A DNA stretch of 64,000 bases, taken from Eukaryota sp. TZLM1-RC. Its lineage: Eukaryota; Protista; Metamonada: BaSk clade. The notes under the pieces were generated by a model. The model ran no database searches. It was not told the origin of the DNA and worked only from the letters and a program-made list of their open reading frames with translations. The position numbers and the translations under genes are program-made. Location: contig JAUPSS010000010.1 of the NCBI GenBank assembly GCA_040285825.1, positions 248,001 to 312,000 on the forward strand, in the 5' to 3' direction. Positions 62,358 to 64,000 of this stretch are shown piece by piece; position 1 is the stretch's first letter, and every line of letters begins with the position of its first letter.

Positions 62358-64000
62358 TGTTGGCGCCCTAAGGCTTTTATAATATGAATAGAAAATAAAT
62401 TATCTTTATCTCAACCACTTTTGCAACCTAAGGCAACAATAATTATTGGCCGTATTAGGTTATAGGTATACCGCTTACATAATTCACAGCTTTATATTCA
62501 GAGGATATCTTCAGCAGATATCATGTCAGTCTCTCCTCGCCAGGACACTGACTCTTTTAAGATTTTCATGCAACAGCACGACAGAGATGCATATAACACA
62601 TTCACAACAATAGGAGTAGAAGCAAAGAGTGAGGATTCGGGCTCGAGACCACCCTCGGCCCCCCCCTCAAGAGAAACCAATGGAACCAGGCACGGAACCA
62701 CCTCCCGCCTCTTCCAAATCAAAAACAATGGAACCAGGCACGGAACCACCTCCCGCCTCTTCCATGTCCAACAAACCAGATAAGGTTTCAGGAACGGGAC
62801 CACCCCCCTCCTCACCTAAAGAAAATGTTGGGTTAAGCTCGGATACTTCGTCTGTCCTAAAGGACTACGAAGAACTCCAGTCCGTTTTAGAAGAAATGGA
62901 CGACGATGAAAAAGAGCTTCGCCAACAGATAACGAAGGACGCGGAAGCTCACCTTGAACCAACAGATTACTGTTTGTTTGAGCAGCTCCCTCCCCTTTGG
63001 AAGCAAATATCAAAATCTGGTAGAAATGTGGGATTCCAGACTCTGGGCCATAAAGGGGACCCTAATAGAGTCTACGAATTCCCTCAAAATGAGAGAAGAG
63101 AACTCATTAACGCGTTGGACACTTTGAGTAGAGAGACCTATGGACGCGGGGCAGAACGCCGTCCTAGGATAACCGGTATGGATAGAGAGATCCATGTGAT
63201 TCTGGCAAAACCTATCAAAGATAGGCCTGATTGGGAAGCCATTCACTTAGATCAGTTCGGGAGAAGGATTAGGTTCTTACCCATCGAAAGAAGGAGCAGA
63301 ACCGATACCGACGACATCCTGGAAACCAAATTACCGGCATGGTTGGACTCGCACTTTGATACGATCATCCATAACTACTCAGAGGTAGAGGATGGGGCTC
63401 CTACTTGTTTCAGAGAATACATGGAACAAGCAGACAGCACAAATCCAAAATCAAGTAAGTTGGATCCCGTCAGTGACTTCTTTGACGCGGACGCCCTAAA
63501 TAATATACTTACGGAACGTTCAAGCGTATCCACATTTAGGAGCCGCCCAAATAACTTCATTCAGCAATTCGGGGAATCAACGACAAGGAAGAAGAAGTTC
63601 AGGTTCTTGGTCACGGGCGATCAATCAACAGAGCTCCACCAGAGACCTAAACTTCCTATAATTGCCCCAATTATATCTGAAAAAGAGCAACCGGTACAAG
63701 TCTGTTCCATTGACGTACTCCCTGATCACATCCCAACAGTAGATGTGACAGAACGAGCAAACAGACCTACCAGAGTGGTTCAGGGACCATCAAGTCCCTC
63801 CCAACCCATGCTCACTAGCGCATCAGAAGACGAAGTCGAGTTGAGAGGACCTAGTTTAGATGAAACACCTCCTCCTCAACCCCCTCGTAGAAGAGTTACT
63901 TCTGAGGAGCCTCTCCGTTTGGAAGACCTCCAAGCTTCTAGAAATATTTTGGATATGAGTATAGCAAGTAGTCTTCAGAGACATGTGGACTCTCAGCCTA
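62358..64000 (+). mobile_element. 5' end of a family B element: 81-bp LTR (62358-62438), palindrome and decayed Pro-rich ORF, running off the window
   Basis: TGTTGGCGCCCTAAGGC...CCTAAGGCAACA followed by ATAATTATTGGCC; 48-bp-period repeat at ~62679-62764. Confidence 0.8.

Overview
AT-rich, transposon-dense eukaryotic DNA, most likely from a protist with a compact genome. It uses the standard code and has 28-34 nt GTTTG...AG introns. Nine host genes or pseudogenes sit among nested mobile elements: SLC35B1-like transporter, bacterial-type alpha/beta hydrolase, RPS30, V-ATPase F, UTP13, a broken SLC35D-like transporter, a Fam20-like secretory kinase, a GT8 glycosyltransferase and AP-3 sigma. Mobile elements: (A) a Ty3/gypsy chromodomain family with a full-length 7.4 kb copy (3418-10831) and several deleted copies; (B) a second Ty3/gypsy family with 79-92 bp LTRs; (C) ~1.1 kb LTR elements encoding only Gag, including a 10.7 kb head-to-tail array of 11 units sharing 12 LTRs (29374-40041); many fragments of restriction-like-endonuclease (RLE) non-LTR retrotransposons; and one 701 bp TIR DNA element. 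The main candidate for an undescribed system is the LTR-element cis-signal set. In place of a tRNA primer-binding site, all three LTR families carry a 12-bp palindrome (CAATA-CG/AT-TATTG) straddling the 5' LTR end. The Gag-only elements share this palindrome, the U5 end and the PPT with family B, suggesting capsid-encoding satellites of a helper retrotransposon. Families A and B each also carry a second copy of their own PPT inside integrase. All calls come from reading the sequence; no searches were run, and coordinates of degenerate fragments are approximate.
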